From contig JAUCBJ010004470.1 in the NCBI GenBank assembly GCA_032718475.1, positions 57,788 through 121,787 on the forward strand: a stretch of 64,000 nucleotides of DNA, given 5' to 3'. The DNA is from Nemertoderma westbladi (Eukaryota; Animalia; Xenacoelomorpha). A program made the position numbers and the translations under genes. The notes beneath the pieces are model-generated. The model worked only from the letters and a program-made list of their open reading frames with translations. It searched no databases and had not been told where the DNA came from. Positions 1 through 13,295 of this stretch are shown here, one piece after another. How positions within the stretch are numbered: position 1 is the stretch's first letter; the number at the start of each line of letters is the position of its first letter.

Positions 1-2
1 TT

Positions 3-488
3 TTAGAATATGGTAGTGCAATATGGAACCCTTTTTGTAATTCAAAACCTTTTCTTGGCCTAACAGACAAGCTTGAGTCGGTCCAAAGATATTTTACCCG
101 TAGGTTATTCCACCGGTGCTATTTAGATACTGATGCTTGTTACCTAAGAAGGCTAAAAATTTTGAATTTACAATCACTAGAACTTAGACGAGTTCATATT
201 GAAAAAATTACTGTTTTTAAAATACTCAATGGTTTTATTTCACTAGAATCTAATAATTTATTTGTAAATGTAAATTCATCTTGAATAAGACTGAGGGGGC
301 ATCCTTACAAATTGCAGCAGGGACATTGCAGAACTGTTGCGGTGCAGAACTCATTTACAAATCGTGTTGTGCCTGTTTGGAACAATCTACCTTACGTTGC
401 AGTGACTGCCCCCTCAGTTGAATTGTTCAAACGCCATATTTATGTGTGCGATTTTAACAATTGGATTAAATTTGACCGCAATTTGTAA
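3..488 (+). mobile_element. CR1-type LINE, 3' end of ORF2 (decayed, cut by window edge)
   Basis: Frame 3 reads LEYGSAIWNP...LESVQRYFTRRL...RLKILNLQSLELRR...RLRGHPYKL...FTNRVVPVWNNLP, the typical CR1 ORF2 C-terminus, with one in-frame TGA. Confidence 0.85.
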
Positions 489-789
489 CTATGCCAATTT
501 CTAATTATTTTCTATTTTTCATATCATTAGTTCTATCTGAGTTCAACTCTTTTTAGCCATCTACACTTTTATTTTAACATGTAATAATATTTTAGCGTAT
601 TTTAATTTCGTTTTTCACCTTATTTTAATATGGTGCCATAGTATAAGTCGTTTTGTTTTATACACTGTTCAACTTTCTCCTGTTTTATTTTATTATGTGC
701 AGTTTTATTTATACGCTTCTTACGCTAACATATACGTAAAAAATATATAATATATGTAAAAAATACGCTTCGACAGCGGTGTCTCCAAG

Positions 790-990
790 CAAATAATAAT
801 ATAATAATAATAATAATAATAACCCTACAGTATGTTTGAAGGACTCCAGTGATGGGGACTTTGTGATTTCGTTCGGGAGCGTGTTCCAAAGTTTTGGACG
901 TCTACGCCGTAGTCGTGATTGTGTTTGGGAGAACGTAAACAGGTCTTGTAAGTACATTGGTGCAATCCCAGTGTAAATTCGGCAGATAGT
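790..990 (-). mobile_element. L2/CR1-group LINE 3' tail fragment with (TTA)n tail
   Basis: Minus frame APMYLQDLF...PKLWNTLPNEITKSPSLESFK followed by a TTA microsatellite. Confidence 0.6.
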
Positions 991-1324
991 GGCGCAACTT
1001 GACCGCAAGTGAAAATAGTGATCTTCAGCGCAAATTGACCGCAAGTGAAATAATGTATAGTTTGTTGTTTTATGGTTAGAAAACACCGCCACTGTAACCT
1101 GTTCCATTCCCTTCATGTTTTTAATTAATTTAAACCAATTTTAAATTAAAAAAACTAGAATTTATTTTGTGTTTGCGTTCATTTCGCGCAATTGACTCAA
1201 ATTCGGTTATACAGTAAGTGTTATTTGCTGCACGCTTTCTCTGAGTGGTAGCCAGTTCGTTGCTACAAAGTCGTCGATGCGTATCTGACGTCGTGGGGAC
1301 ATTGGGTTGCTACTACTGTACTAC

Positions 1325-1677
1325 TACTTTGCAGGACATTGTTTTCGCCATGAGGACCAGCCTGTGCACAATCTTTGCTTTGGAAAGCCACATGGAGAAA
1401 ATAATCATGGTGGACAGCCCATGACTTTCATGAGACGCATCTTCAAGGACACTGGTCTTGAAGATGCGGATAATCTCGCGAAAGTCATGGGGGATAGGGT
1501 GTTGTGGCAGTGCAACTTTGTTGATAAGCCGGCAGAGCATTCTTAATGCACGCTGCATTGGGCTTGCCAATTTGAGATTGTATGGTGGTGGTGGCAAAAT
1601 TGTTTGTTACGCTGCGCGGCATAGCATGTGCGGAGTTTTCAATGCAGCAGGACGATTATAGTAGTAGTAGTAGTAGC
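1325..1677 (+). mobile_element. RTE-clade LINE 3' fragment (family B) with (TAG)n tail
   Basis: FAGHCFRHEDQPVHNL...HG..GGQP...L.....DR..W, an RTE C-terminal motif; ends in tagtagtag. Paralogous copies at about 4570-5070, 6655-6845 and 11090-11440. Confidence 0.75.
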
Positions 1678-2474
1678 GGTAAAAAATAAAAATTAATTCA
1701 TTGGCAAAGGTCAGCCACCGCAACGAAGTACTTATACCGAGAGCGTGTCTGCCCAACTAAACGATTAATATGGGGGCGAGCAACGAAGTTAGCGAGCCGT
1801 ATCGAATTGACATACTGTGGCATCAGGGGTGGGGTCGGTAATTTTTTGCAAATATGTACAGTAGTTGTTCTTGTCGTCGTTTGTAGAGTAGTTGTTGTTG
1901 TCGTCGTCGCTGCTGTAGTTACGATTTTGACATGCTAAATAAATTTGTTGTATTTTAAAAGCTGTCGATTTGAAAATTTGTAGGTATCAATAATAAGACA
2001 AAAATTTAGATTTTGAGTGACCTTCAGACACCATAAGTTCAACAGTTTCCCGGTTCGAGCCGAGAGGGTGTAATGTACATACCGTACTGTAATACTGTAA
2101 TACTGTATATCTGTACAGCTGTACTGCTGTATATCTATCCATCCATCCCATAACAGCATAAAGCAGTAAAGTCCTGAAGTCAGTAAGTACAGAACAGCAT
2201 AAGTAGGTTTAAAAACTCTGCAAACTACAAAACACACTGCACACTGTCACATGCAGACAGGACTGCAGGCAGGCAGGTGGCTTACCGGTAATTAATTATG
2301 TTCTGCTGTTCCAGTGTTCTATTACCCAGTTACCGGTATAATTCCACATTCTGTCTGCTGCTGTCCAGTTCACAGTCTGACAGTCCTACGCCTACAGCTC
2401 TGTCCACTGTCTGTCTGTCCAGCTGTCTGTTTGCTGTCCGGTCCGGCGAGTAAACCACATAAACGAACACAATT

Positions 2475-2774
2475 ATGAAATTAACCGTACCAAATTTGAG
2501 TGATGGGGGCGCCCACCGACTGGTTGGGTTGCAACTGGGCAACATTTGCACCGACATGAAACACGTCACCCAGTTCTGGTTGGATTCCACCCAGACTCGA
2601 AGCTTCCGACATTACTTCTCCAACTACATGGCAATGTCGGTCCGGAATTTAAAGTGGCACTTTCCGACAATGGGTCCGACTTTTATTTGTAGTTACTTCT
2701 TGTACCGTTACATTGATGGCGAACACAAGCGGTTGCAACGAAAGGATCCCAAGAAATATGAGAATGATGTCTAA
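2475..2774 (+). CDS. UQCRQ: Cytochrome b-c1 complex subunit 8 (QCR8), single-exon CDS
   Basis: G.QLGN..MKHV..F.L...Q.R.F.HYF...P.FI..YFLY.Y...EHKRLQRKDPKKYENDV matches the QCR8 family pattern (human ends RKNPAAYENDK). Confidence 0.9.
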   Translation: MKLTVPNLSDGGAHRLVGLQLGNICTDMKHVTQFWLDSTQTRSFRHYFSNYMAMSVRNLKWHFPTMGPTFICSYFLYRYIDGEHKRLQRKDPKKYENDV

Positions 2775-3789
2775 CTTTGAACTTTCTAACTAAACTGCTT
2801 AATACCTATCAGCCTATACTAGTACGTGGTACTGCTGTAGCCTACTGGAATAGAGATGTTTCTTGCTATATGTTAGTGTTTTTTTAGATGAAAAGTTAGG
2901 CTAAGACATGAAGCTGTGAAGAACTTATCTTATATCAGTAGGGCAGGTAGGGTAGGATTGATATCGGTATATTATGGCATTTATTTGTTTGTATAGACTG
3001 ACTGACTGATAGTGATAGACCTACCGGTATTCAGGTATTTGTCCGTCTGTAGCCTACTGCTGTACTGTGCTCTGCTAAGTATAGACAAGATTACATTAGG
3101 CCTATACAAATTTGTATACCGGCCCGGGTACCATACCACCATAGTGCCATATACAGATATACCTGTAGCGCGGTACAGCGGCAGGCCTACAGATATATAA
3201 CCTACCTGTGTATACCGGTACTGTTGGTTGGTAGTACACGATATAGAAAATACCTTGATAATTAGTTTATATTATTAGTTACACCATTTATTTTGTATAT
3301 ATTATTTATATTTGGACTGTAATGAAATAGTCGTAGCTTGTTGTTGTTGTTGTATAATTATTATTTAGTTGTAAAATTATATGAACAACGTATAAGATGC
3401 TGCAATTTATATCATTTTATTCATTGTGAGATTTGTGACCCACAACCTCGAACTATATTTCTCATTCCAGGATGCTTATTCCTGGATTACAAATCATTAC
3501 ATTACTCTTGGGCATAGACAATTTACTTTTTGCATTTTGTATTGGAGAACTTCCTTTGATAAATCCGCATCAATTGCAGCGTCCAGTCCAGTTATATGAT
3601 AGTTTATATTAATAAATTAATTGGAGTGAATTATATATATAAATCCTAATATATGGGGCTCGAACTTGGTACCTAGGGTTGAAACTTCTTGCGGTTATCT
3701 AGGGGACTATATACCGTGTTCGAGCCGTCCCGAGATCTCCTTTTTAACGAGCGAGTGGTGCTAATTTTGATGCATTTTTCCCTTACTTG

Positions 3790-4331
3790 TGAGATGGATA
3801 GAGAGCAGCAAAAAATACATAGAAGTTAGGAAAGCAAAGGCATTGGCCATGGTGTAGTTCTATCAAAAATGGATATCATCGGGAGATCAGACCTCTCAAG
3901 GCACCTGAAGACCAAGTTTTTTTTAGAGCCACAGTGGAAAGTGTATTTTTATACGGGGGTGAGACCAGGACACTGACGAAATCACCGGAGCAACAAATTA
4001 ATGGTTGTTACACTAGTCTACTAAGGGCAGCCCTAAACATCAGCTGACATCACATTTATGGTACGAGATTTATGGTACAATACCACCTGTATCAGCGGTC
4101 GAACGAACTTAGTTCCAATCAATCGCACATTTAGTAAGGACGATGTCATAACAGATCTACTTTTTGGCAACCAACACAAGCAAAGCGTAGCCGTAGACGA
4201 CCGGCTATAACATATAAACTTGAAAGGTATACTGCACTTAAGAGAAACGAAATTTCGACAACTATGGAAATAGTGGAAGTCAGGAAAGACCTCATTTCCA
4301 CTGTCCGTGCTCGCTCGACCTAGTAGTAGTA
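3790..4331 (+). mobile_element. RTE LINE 3' fragment (family A, same family as 17603-19647)
   Basis: Nucleotide similarity to 19095-19640 (atggatagagag...agacctctcaaggcacctgaagac...actgtccgtgctcgctcgacctagtagtagt). Confidence 0.85.
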
Positions 4332-4569
4332 ACTCAACTCCCTTTCCCGGTTATTTAACCCGAGGGCTAAGTGCATCTGTCAATAATTTTGAATGACGCT
4401 CCTAATACTGTAGTCAGTCGCCTTGCAACAATACTGTGTTGTAATTTAACTTGGTTTACACATTTTGGTGACTATTTTTAATGAAATGATCACGATATGA
4501 AATTGATTACATTGTAATCAAGGATATTAAATTTTATCTCCTACGCAATGAAGGTAGTGATTGTGACTT

Positions 4570-5070
4570 ACACATTTATAGGGAAGTACAAGGGAACCCC
4601 TTTCATCCAAGGCACAAATCGCCCCCTTTACTCTTATATGGGAGTCCATGCTGGGCTCTAACTGCTGAGGACACCAAATCTCTGGATGGCACATTCACAA
4701 GAATGCTGCCCCGGGTTCATTGCGTCAAGTAAAATGAACACATCTCCAATCAGACTCTAAACAACATTGGATGTGTTTCAATAATCCTCACAGGTTTGAC
4801 ACTGGAATGGGGCCGCCTCCGCTTAGCAGGACATGGCTTTCGCCTTGAGGATCAGCCAGTGCATAATCTTGTACTTTGGCATCCTCATGGAGTGAATAAG
4901 CATGGTGGACAGCTCATGGCTTTCTTGTGACGCATCTTTAAGGACAATGGCCTTGAAGATGCGGATGATCTGGCAAATGTCATGGGTGATAGGGAGTTGT
5001 GGCGGTGCAATTTTGTCGACAAGCCGGCACAGCATTATTAATATGTATGATATATTAATAATGCAGCTGC
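4570..5070 (+). mobile_element. RTE LINE 3' fragment (family B)
   Basis: LLYG-ESMLG, DGTFTRML, RLRLAGHGFRLEDQPVHNL motifs; shares gacaagccggcacagcattattaat with the other family B copies. Confidence 0.7.
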
Positions 5071-6654
5071 AATGCACAATGCCGATATTGGTAGTACAGT
5101 ACAGCATCAGGTAAGATTATTTTACTACCTACAGTGCCTACTGAAGCACTTACTGTATATGTATGTATACTTGCCGAAACCCATCTCTATAAGTTGTTGC
5201 TCCGCTACAATACGATTTGTGTTTCTTTTAACACGTAAATCCACAGAGCACATACATACACCTCACCTTGCTACCTTAAACCATATTGCTGGTAAAGGAT
5301 TAACTAGATTAATTCAAACTTTACGACTTACCTTCCCATGCTGCTGAAGTGTGTAGAACTGCCTGTAGAGTGTAGAGTGCCTGTATAATGCCATTAGGCC
5401 TTCAGAACAGCATTTCCGATATTGCGTTGATTGGTGATACCAATATCAAGTGTGCAGCTAATGAACGCGCGTTGAGTGTTTCAACGTAACAACACATTTT
5501 CAAATAGTATTTAAAATGACACTATCACAGGGGGGGGGGGGGGGTGAACATGAGTTTTATAGCCCCGTAAGAATCGGGAAAAAAACTGCAGATGCAGTAG
5601 AGATTCCCTAATAACGTTTACCTTCTAGGGGCAGACTGGGTAACAACTGTAGACCGTTTAACCCTATTTATTTGATTTACTAAAAATTGGCCCGGTTTTA
5701 GATTTTAGGTCATTTTAAAACCAATTCAACCATCACTTTTTGTGATATTTTGGTCACCCAGGACGAAACGTACAAGTACAAAAATGTCAAACTAAAAGAT
5801 TTTGTGTTTGGTTTGATAATTCGGAAGGTTTTTTACGGGATTCCGAGGTCGCTGATTACGAGTTAGTTATAAATCTTTCTGGTAATAAATAATTCTTAAT
5901 AAATTATAAATAAATATTTCTGAAGCTATACTGGTTTTAAGGTCGCTGATCAAGATACAACTGGTTACAAATCATTCGTGGTAACGCAACTATAGTTTTT
6001 ATTATTGATAGTAACAATGTGTTGGCAAGCTGTATTTTTCGAGGTGTTTGTTATTATATATTTATTATAGGAAGGGATCTAGGGGTCTTAACCTCGATTG
6101 ATAAGTTTATTTTACCGAAAATAACTTATCTTTTATTGGCGCAATTGTAGGACTAATCCCATCACATGCGTACTATCGTTTTTGGTGCTTATAAACAATA
6201 ATACGAAATGGCTGAAGGTGTTCATTTCATTTTAGCCCACTATCGGTAGACTGAGTAACTGCAGTACTGCAGATGGATTAGCGTCCCTACAAAGACGTAG
6301 CCTGTGGAGTTTAGATGGTCTAGCAAGTAGCCTACTGTATATCTGCCGCGTTTCAGGTTGAACTGATAACAAATAACGAAATGGAATTGAGACAAAGTTT
6401 CTATGATCTGATCATGAATTTCTCCCTCTAGCTGCAGACAGGAGAACTGCAGACCTATAAAAAAATCCCTCATAAAGACGTTGCATGCTCTCAAGTATAT
6501 AAATCAGCCTCCTAAATCGATTAAGGTTAGGAAATGGGGAAGGTTATATTTCACATACAGACAATTCGCCATTTAGTGACATACTGGAGAACTGAGGACC
6601 TACAGTATTTATATCTTCACAAAAGCGCCGGTTGTTTCTAGAACAAATCTGACA

Positions 6655-6845
6655 CTTTAGCAATGCACACATCTCCAACCAGACACTATATACGGTAACA
6701 TTGGAGGTGTCTCATTTGTTCCCCAAGCTTGACACTAGAAGCCGCCTCCGCTTTGCAGGACATTGTTTTCGCCGTAAGGAACAGCCAGTGCACAAATCTT
6801 GTGGTTTGGCTGCCTCATGGAATGAATAAGCATTGTGGACATTTC
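6655..6845 (+). mobile_element. RTE LINE internal fragment (family B)
   Basis: catctccaaccagacactata...cgcctccgctttgcaggacattgttttcgcc...ccagtgcacaaatct, homologous to the 1325 and 4740 copies. Confidence 0.7.
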
Positions 6846-7606
6846 GCATTCTAGGAGGCAAACTGAACAATTGCAGACAATTGCTAAATTTCATCTCGAT
6901 TCAAAGTTTAGACACGCAGCCCCCTAGCGAGAGACTATTGAATTGATTGTGTCTGTAAGTCTCACGAAAATATCATCTTTTGGTCTCATTGATGCCTACA
7001 AATCGACAATTAATTTTAAATCCGACAAAGTTATTAGCATGTCAAAATCAACGACGACAACTATTTGCAAACGTTGACCCACCCGAAACAGTGTCAGTTC
7101 GTTAAGGCTCCGCGAACTTCATGGCTCGCCTCACAATATATCATTACCTGATGTAGACAAACATGCCGTATTATTTGTTCGCCTGAAACAATGTTCGAGG
7201 TGATGGCACCATTTTATTTGACAATAAACAAAAACAATATACTGTAGTATTGGTGTCAATAAAGAAACTTTTAGATTAATTATTCTCCATATACGATATG
7301 AAAGCAATATTAGGCGAAAGTAGGTACTGAATAAAATGGCTAACAACAACCCCTCGATGGAATCCACTCTGCTGCAGCCAATAAATAAGCTGTCTAATTT
7401 TCAGATTAACCAATCAGGTTGCATCTGTGTCGAAGGTTAACCAGCAATTAAAAGCCATATAAATCTAAATTACTATCCGAACATTAGCATTGTTCCTTTT
7501 AAACAAAGTTCTGTCTAGTGTATTTTATTTTCTTTTATCACACCGTTATTAGTGTCCTTCTTCCACCTTTAAACCAGTAAAGCTGTTACGCCATTCAACT
7601 AAAAAG

Positions 7607-8030
7607 GTAAGTCTTCATTAATTTAGACAACTTTAGGCAAGTCAAATAATTACGAATCCTTTTATATTCCATCTCCAGTGTAATGTAATCGTGTGTAAGA
7701 ATAGCCTACCAGACGGCCAGAGACTATCTAATCTAACTTTTGGAATATAAATTGTTTTTATTTTTTATAGTCTTTCATGAAAAATGTATTATCAGAATTT
7801 TTATTTTTTATAGAAATAATTATTGTTTTTACTTACTTAGTTTGTTTTTACTTAATTTACAAATTTTCACTCCGGAAAAAGTGATTTTATTTATGGAGTT
7901 TGTTTTTACTTAATTTACAAATTTTCACTCCAGAAAAAGTGATCTTATTTATGGAAAGTTTTACTGCATAATCCAGAAATATTTTATATTCCTATTCACT
8001 TTACTTAATATAAGTTATTTTTATATTTAG
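7607..8030 (+). other. Putative 5'UTR intron of CPEB1
   Basis: Donor AAG|GTAAGT at 7607 and T-rich acceptor ttttttatatttag ending at 8030, one base before the ATG. CCAAT boxes lie upstream near 7378 and 7410. Confidence 0.65.
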
Positions 8031-8031
8031 C

Positions 8032-9822
8032 ATGGCGGCACATTTAAGTGGAGCTAAAGTTTATCCAGTCGCGGATACAAGATTGGCTACCCATTCCAGC
8101 CCCGACCAAACGAGGGCGCAACTCTATGCCAGTCCAGAGCCGCGCAATCGCAGCGACCACGGCGACAAACGCGCCCCCCAGTACCTCACCTCCACTCCTA
8201 TTGGGCCAACCAACCGCGGTAAGTCCCCCAAGCAACCAATAGCGAACAAGCAGCACATCTCGCCCCATCTGCTTTCCCAAGTGGAGCGCGCCCTGCAGAC
8301 ATTGCAGAAACGCGGATACAATGTCAGCCCCCCGATATCCTACTGGCAGGACTGGGAGAAGAGTGGCGGCATCTCAGCCAATAAGAAGGTCTCGTTCTCG
8401 ACTGCTGAGCGCGATCAGTGGCGACCAACCAACGACAGCGCGGTGGCCTACTGCTCGAGGATGAGTTACAGCCCGGTGTCCACGGACACCAGCGGGGTCT
8501 GCAGTTGCGCCGGGGATCTCGACGACTACCCCAGCTCGGACGACAGCGATCTGCTAAGTATCTCCGATCTCGCGCGCAACTGCGGCGCTTTGGCGCGCGG
8601 TAAGCAGCGCGCGACGCCGCCGCAACCGCGGCCAATCCGCGGCGTTATCGGAGAGGAGCGGGCCAACACCCCCCGGGCACCGCCCCCGACGCCCATCACC
8701 GCGCACCCCCCACCCCAGCGGTTATCCTACCCAACAACGTCGCCCGCCGCTCAAATACAGCAGATGCGTAACGTGTCGAACCTGCTGTCCGCGCTGTCGC
8801 TGAGCAACAGCCAATCGGGGAATGGGAGATGGGCTGACCAATCAGCGACCAGATGGGCTGACCAATCAGCGACAAGATGGGCTGACCAATCAGGGATGAG
8901 ATGGGCGGACACCTCTTGCCCAGAGGATCGCCCCTTGGAGGGATTCCCGCAGCCGACCTGGGCGGGCCGCTGCGGCGCCCAGATGAGCCCGGCGAGCTGC
9001 ACCTGGTCCGGCCAACTCGCCCGTCGCGAGTACAACAACAACCCGACCTACTCCTCCAAGATCTTCCTCGGCGGCGTCCCCTGGGACATCACGGAGTCGT
9101 CGTTGTCCGCCGCGTTGCAACCCTTCGGCAACCACTACGTGGAGTGGCCCGGCAAGGACCTCAAACACCCTAAGTACCCGCCCAAAGGCTACGTCTACAT
9201 CGTGTTCGAGAACGAGAAATCCGTAAAACTGCTCCTGTCTACCTGCACCCACGATTACTCGAACGGGACCTCGTTGGGTGAGTACTACTTCCAGCTGACC
9301 AGTAAGAAACACCCCCGCAAGGAGGTGCAAGTTATCCCGTGGGTTCTATCCGATTCGAACTTCATCAAGTATCCCTCGTTGCGTCTCGACCCCTCTAAGA
9401 CCGTGTTCGTTGGCGCTCTGCATGGGATGCTAAACGCCGAGAGTTTGTCGATAGTTATGAACGATTTGTTCGGGGGCGTCGTTTACGCCGGAATCGATAC
9501 GGATAAGTTCAAGTACCCTATCGGCTCGGGGCGAGTGACCTTCAGCAACCACGCGAGCTTCACCAAAGCCGTGACCGCGGCTTTCATCGAGATCAAGGCG
9601 CCCAAGTTCACCAAGAAGATCCAGGTGGACCCCTACCTCGAGGACGAGATGTGCTCGCTCTGCGGGGTCAACAACGGGCCCTATTTCTGTCGTGAGTTCT
9701 CCTGTTTCAAGTACTTCTGTCGGGTCTGCTGGCTGTGGCAGCACAGCAACGAGACCCAGGTCAAACACAGACCGCTGATGCGCAACCAGAAATCTAAACC
9801 AGTTCCTTTAATCTTCGATTGA
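8032..9822 (+). CDS. CPEB1: Cytoplasmic polyadenylation element-binding protein 1 (orb/CPEB1), single-exon CDS
   Basis: WSGQL, RRM1 ([32 protein letters not shown]), RRM2 ([33 protein letters not shown]), ZZ finger ([13 protein letters not shown]...CRE..CFKYFCR.CW.WQH...HRPLMRN). CPEB1-subfamily signatures. Confidence 0.97.
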   Translation: MAAHLSGAKVYPVADTRLATHSSPDQTRAQLYASPEPRNRSDHGDKRAPQYLTSTPIGPTNRGKSPKQPIANKQHISPHLLSQVERALQTLQKRGYNVSPPISYWQDWEKSGGISANKKVSFSTAERDQWRPTNDSAVAYCSRMSYSPVSTDTSGVCSCAGDLDDYPSSDDSDLLSISDLARNCGALARGKQRATPPQPRPIRGVIGEERANTPRAPPPTPITAHPPPQRLSYPTTSPAAQIQQMRNVSNLLSALSLSNSQSGNGRWADQSATRWADQSATRWADQSGMRWADTSCPEDRPLEGFPQPTWAGRCGAQMSPASCTWSGQLARREYNNNPTYSSKIFLGGVPWDITESSLSAALQPFGNHYVEWPGKDLKHPKYPPKGYVYIVFENEKSVKLLLSTCTHDYSNGTSLGEYYFQLTSKKHPRKEVQVIPWVLSDSNFIKYPSLRLDPSKTVFVGALHGMLNAESLSIVMNDLFGGVVYAGIDTDKFKYPIGSGRVTFSNHASFTKAVTAAFIEIKAPKFTKKIQVDPYLEDEMCSLCGVNNGPYFCREFSCFKYFCRVCWLWQHSNETQVKHRPLMRNQKSKPVPLIFD

Positions 9823-10072
9823 TATGTTGTTATAACTGAAAGAAGCATTTTAATATTCCTATGAGACAATAATTTTACTAAACTGAATTCCTAATACTTG
9901 GAGAAGTTAATTGCTGTCATTCGATATTATAATTATTTTGGTGAAGGTTACCTCGTATTTTTGTGCTGTTCGTCTAATCTGTGCTAAGTTTTTAGTTACT
10001 TTATTTACTCGTTTATTGTCTTTGTATAATCTCGGTAAATTGTGCTGGAAGATTTAATTAGGTATATGATAA

Positions 10073-10141
10073 TTTTATAAGTAATTTAATTAAGTTTTAC
10101 ATCTTAAAAAAGATTTAGAGGTGAATAAAGTTGAATTTTAT
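10073..10141 (+). promoter_or_regulatory. Candidate CPEB1 3'UTR end: CPE (TTTTAT), AATAAA, CPE
   Basis: TTTTAT 10073-10078, AATAAA 10124-10129, TTTTAT 10136-10141. The AT-rich context makes chance matches possible. Confidence 0.4.
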
Positions 10142-11089
10142 GCGATCGTTAAATTAATCGGGGGTCATTTATGTATGACTATTATTTCCTTGCTAACAAA
10201 CTATTTTAATGAGAATATTGGAATTCTAACGATCTAAATGTCCTTCAATGAGTTTTTATCATACGTATCGTTTTTTCGTTATCATATTTCAATTTTAAAT
10301 TTGCAGTGGATAGGTCACATTTTATCTTATATTTATTAACAGATACCACATTTGATAAAGAAAGCTTTTATTACACATGTCGTTATTTATTTATTTATTT
10401 GCCAATATTAATTATTCTATAAGTATTTGTACGTATTATGAGTATAATAATAATTGTACTCAACGTATTATGAATTAACGTTCTATATCATCATCGTCTT
10501 TCGTATAGTAAGTTTTGAATAGCTATCATTTTGTTAATTAATTGTGTTATTCGTATAAGATTTGGATGAAATAATCACAACTTATTTAAGTGGTGGATAA
10601 TAGTCTTTATTGCCAAATTAAGCAAAAATAAATTACATTTTTGACTTTAATTTTATTTGATGGAAGTCCATTTTTGTCATCCAGTTGTATATATATTATC
10701 TTTTAGAACAATTAATAATTAGTCTGACGACGAACTGGTGGTCTCTTTACTTTTTGTTAAACTTGTTGCGTTTAAAAAAAGACTTCAAAATTTTAATATT
10801 AGGAGTTTTAGTTTCACTTTAGCAGAGTTGATAATCATTTCGGTGTAAATGAAATATTCTATTAACCGTTGTTTGTACTGTATTTGTTGATTTAATTAAT
10901 CAAGGTTTAATTAAATGAGAGTTTTATTAGTTAACTAACTTCAGTTAAATTATGTTTCGTTTAATCTGAAATTATGTAATATAGAATTATAACAAGTTCA
11001 TTATGTTAAATAAATCGATTTGAATTGTCATCTGTCTTGTCTTTTGGTATGGTGGTGGTGCATAGGAAAGGGGAGGGGGGGAATTGTTG

Positions 11090-11440
11090 GCTTCCAGTGT
11101 TGGAGGTGTCACATTGGTCCCCACAATCTTGGGACTTGAATGGAGCCGCCCCCTCTTTGCAGGACAATGTTTTCGGCGTGAGGACCAGCCTGTGTTTGAC
11201 AGACTGTTGGAGAAAGTAAGTACGGTGGACAGCCCAGGACTTTCTTGAGACGCCTCCTAAAGGACTCTCTAGCCTTGAAGATACGGATAATCTCGCGAAA
11301 GTCAAGGAGTTGTGGCAGCGCAATTTCGTTGACAAGCCGGCACAGCATTATTAATCCACGCTGCAACAAATTAAGGAAATTGTGGATTGCATGGTGGTGG
11401 CACAGGATGTGTAGGTACAATGCAGCAGTCAGATTATTAT
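11090..11440 (+). mobile_element. RTE LINE 3' fragment (family B)
   Basis: ctttgcaggacaatgttttcggcgtgaggaccagcctgtg...gacaagccggcacagcattatt...aatgcagcagtcagattat, homologous to 1325-1677. Confidence 0.75.
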
Positions 11441-11878
11441 AGGGAGACATTCTAGTGGTTGGCGACGATTTTGCTAAAAACGTAGTTTCTCAACCTCGTG
11501 AAAGAATTTATGTGAAACCAATTTTTTGGACTCAACTTATATAACCTATTCAGCAGTTGTGCAAAGACAATAATCTATTCAGAACCTGCAAAGACAAAGT
11601 CCAATTCTCAGTTACGAAAAGTTATAGTTCACAATTTGCATTACGGGTGTATTTCTAGGTTCAAAGGTTATGTTGCTAATTACTTTATAGTATAAAGTTA
11701 GATTAGTCACTGCGTGGGAACACTTATTGTTTATTCATTATTATAATTACCGCCAACCTAACCAATAAATTTATTGAATTTAATATTCCGTTGTTGTGTG
11801 TACCTGGAGTGCAACAGTTACATAATAAATTACAATAGTCTCTGTTTGTAATATATCATCAACTTCTACTACGTATTT

Positions 11879-12251
11879 ATAGGGAGGGGTGGGGTTAAAT
11901 GGGTCGTGGGGCTAAATGGGTCTATTCGATATTTTCTGTCATATTTCGAAAAATACTTACGATGACCACAATAATTTAATTGTTGCTAATATATAGCTAA
12001 TTTTGCCAAAGATTCAACATAGACCCATTTAACCCCACACTTGACCCATTTTTTCCCGACGTTCATTAGGAAAACTGAAATATCTTTCCATAGAATGGTA
12101 ATCTTCTGTCGATTCTTATAAATTCACAAACTAGAATAATACAATGTTATTACGTTAGATAATGTTTTTATTTCATAATGAATGATCAAAAGTAAAAAAA
12201 AAGTCATTAAAAAAATAGACCCATTCAACCCCACCCCCCCCCCCCCCTATA
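11879..12251. mobile_element. MITE with about 25-bp TIRs, TA-flanked
   Basis: tatagggaggggtggggttaaatgggtc ... gacccattcaaccccaccc(c)nctata. Confidence 0.7.
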
Positions 12252-12289
12252 TTGGTCTGAGGACTTTCAAAGTTAACTGTCAAAATTGT

Positions 12290-13295
12290 GGTCGTTTTGG
12301 AGTTAACAAAAAGACCAACAGTAGAAGCCGCATGTTCTAATGAGCTGATGAGCCGTTGGTCTCCCTCTAGTGATTCCGAGAGTATTCCAGATATATCAGA
12401 GAATTGGTGTCCTCAGCAGTTAGAGCCCAGCATGGACTCCCAAAGAGGAGTACTGGAACTACTGCTGCCCTGAATAATCGGACCTTAAGTTTCCGATTAA
12501 TTCTATGTGACTTTCCAAATCCTGGAAAGCCATTCAAGGCTGACATGCCTTTCAATTACGTATTCGAAGGTCCTCACCTGACTTTCCGGATCCAAGATCA
12601 CAGGTTACAGAAGAGGTCCACATGCTCAAGCATACTATCCTTTGAGCTTAAATGCTCATGCGATTAGACATTTATTTAAGGACTGTCGTAGTTATCTGTC
12701 AAAGAAAAAAATCCACTTCGAATGGATCTGTGTTACTTTCAGTGGTTGACACAAATGTCGACGAATCCCATATACAGTAATGTAAATATGTTTAACCTGT
12801 GAGCCAGAGACGAAATTGAAGGCCTTGAAGTAGTCAACAATGATAATAAAAGCCATACGTCTTTTTTATTACTCTTCAATTATCCTTCTATGTGCCAAAA
12901 TGGGCTCCATGGTCCCACGACCTTTACGAAACCCATTCTGATTTCCACGGAGCAGTCTCTCAATGGGATCCCTGATGCGATTTAATATAATTCTATTGTA
13001 TAGCTTTGCAGCCATCGAGATCAATGAGATTCCCCGAAAAGAACCATAGAGTGTTAGGTTGCCCTTCTTGGGAACTGGCACCAACTTATTTGTTTTCATT
13101 TCTTGTGAGACTCTTTTGGTTCTGTACATGTCTACTGTAGAACCATGATGGGAAAATGAGCTTCAAACACTGTTATTTTAAAGAGCTCAAGCCGTTATGG
13201 GGGGACACCATCTAATCCAAAGGAACGATTGGTCTTAATGCCCTTTTGCAGTTGCCTTTGTCAATGAGATGTCACCAATTGGAATATCTGGGAAT
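12290..13295 (-). mobile_element. Decayed RTE LINE RT fragment
   Basis: LVPVPKKGNLT..FRGISLISMAAKLYNRIILNRIR..LRGNQNGFRKGRGT; downstream KLKVRLFRAAVVPVLLFG..W; internal deletion. Confidence 0.85.
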
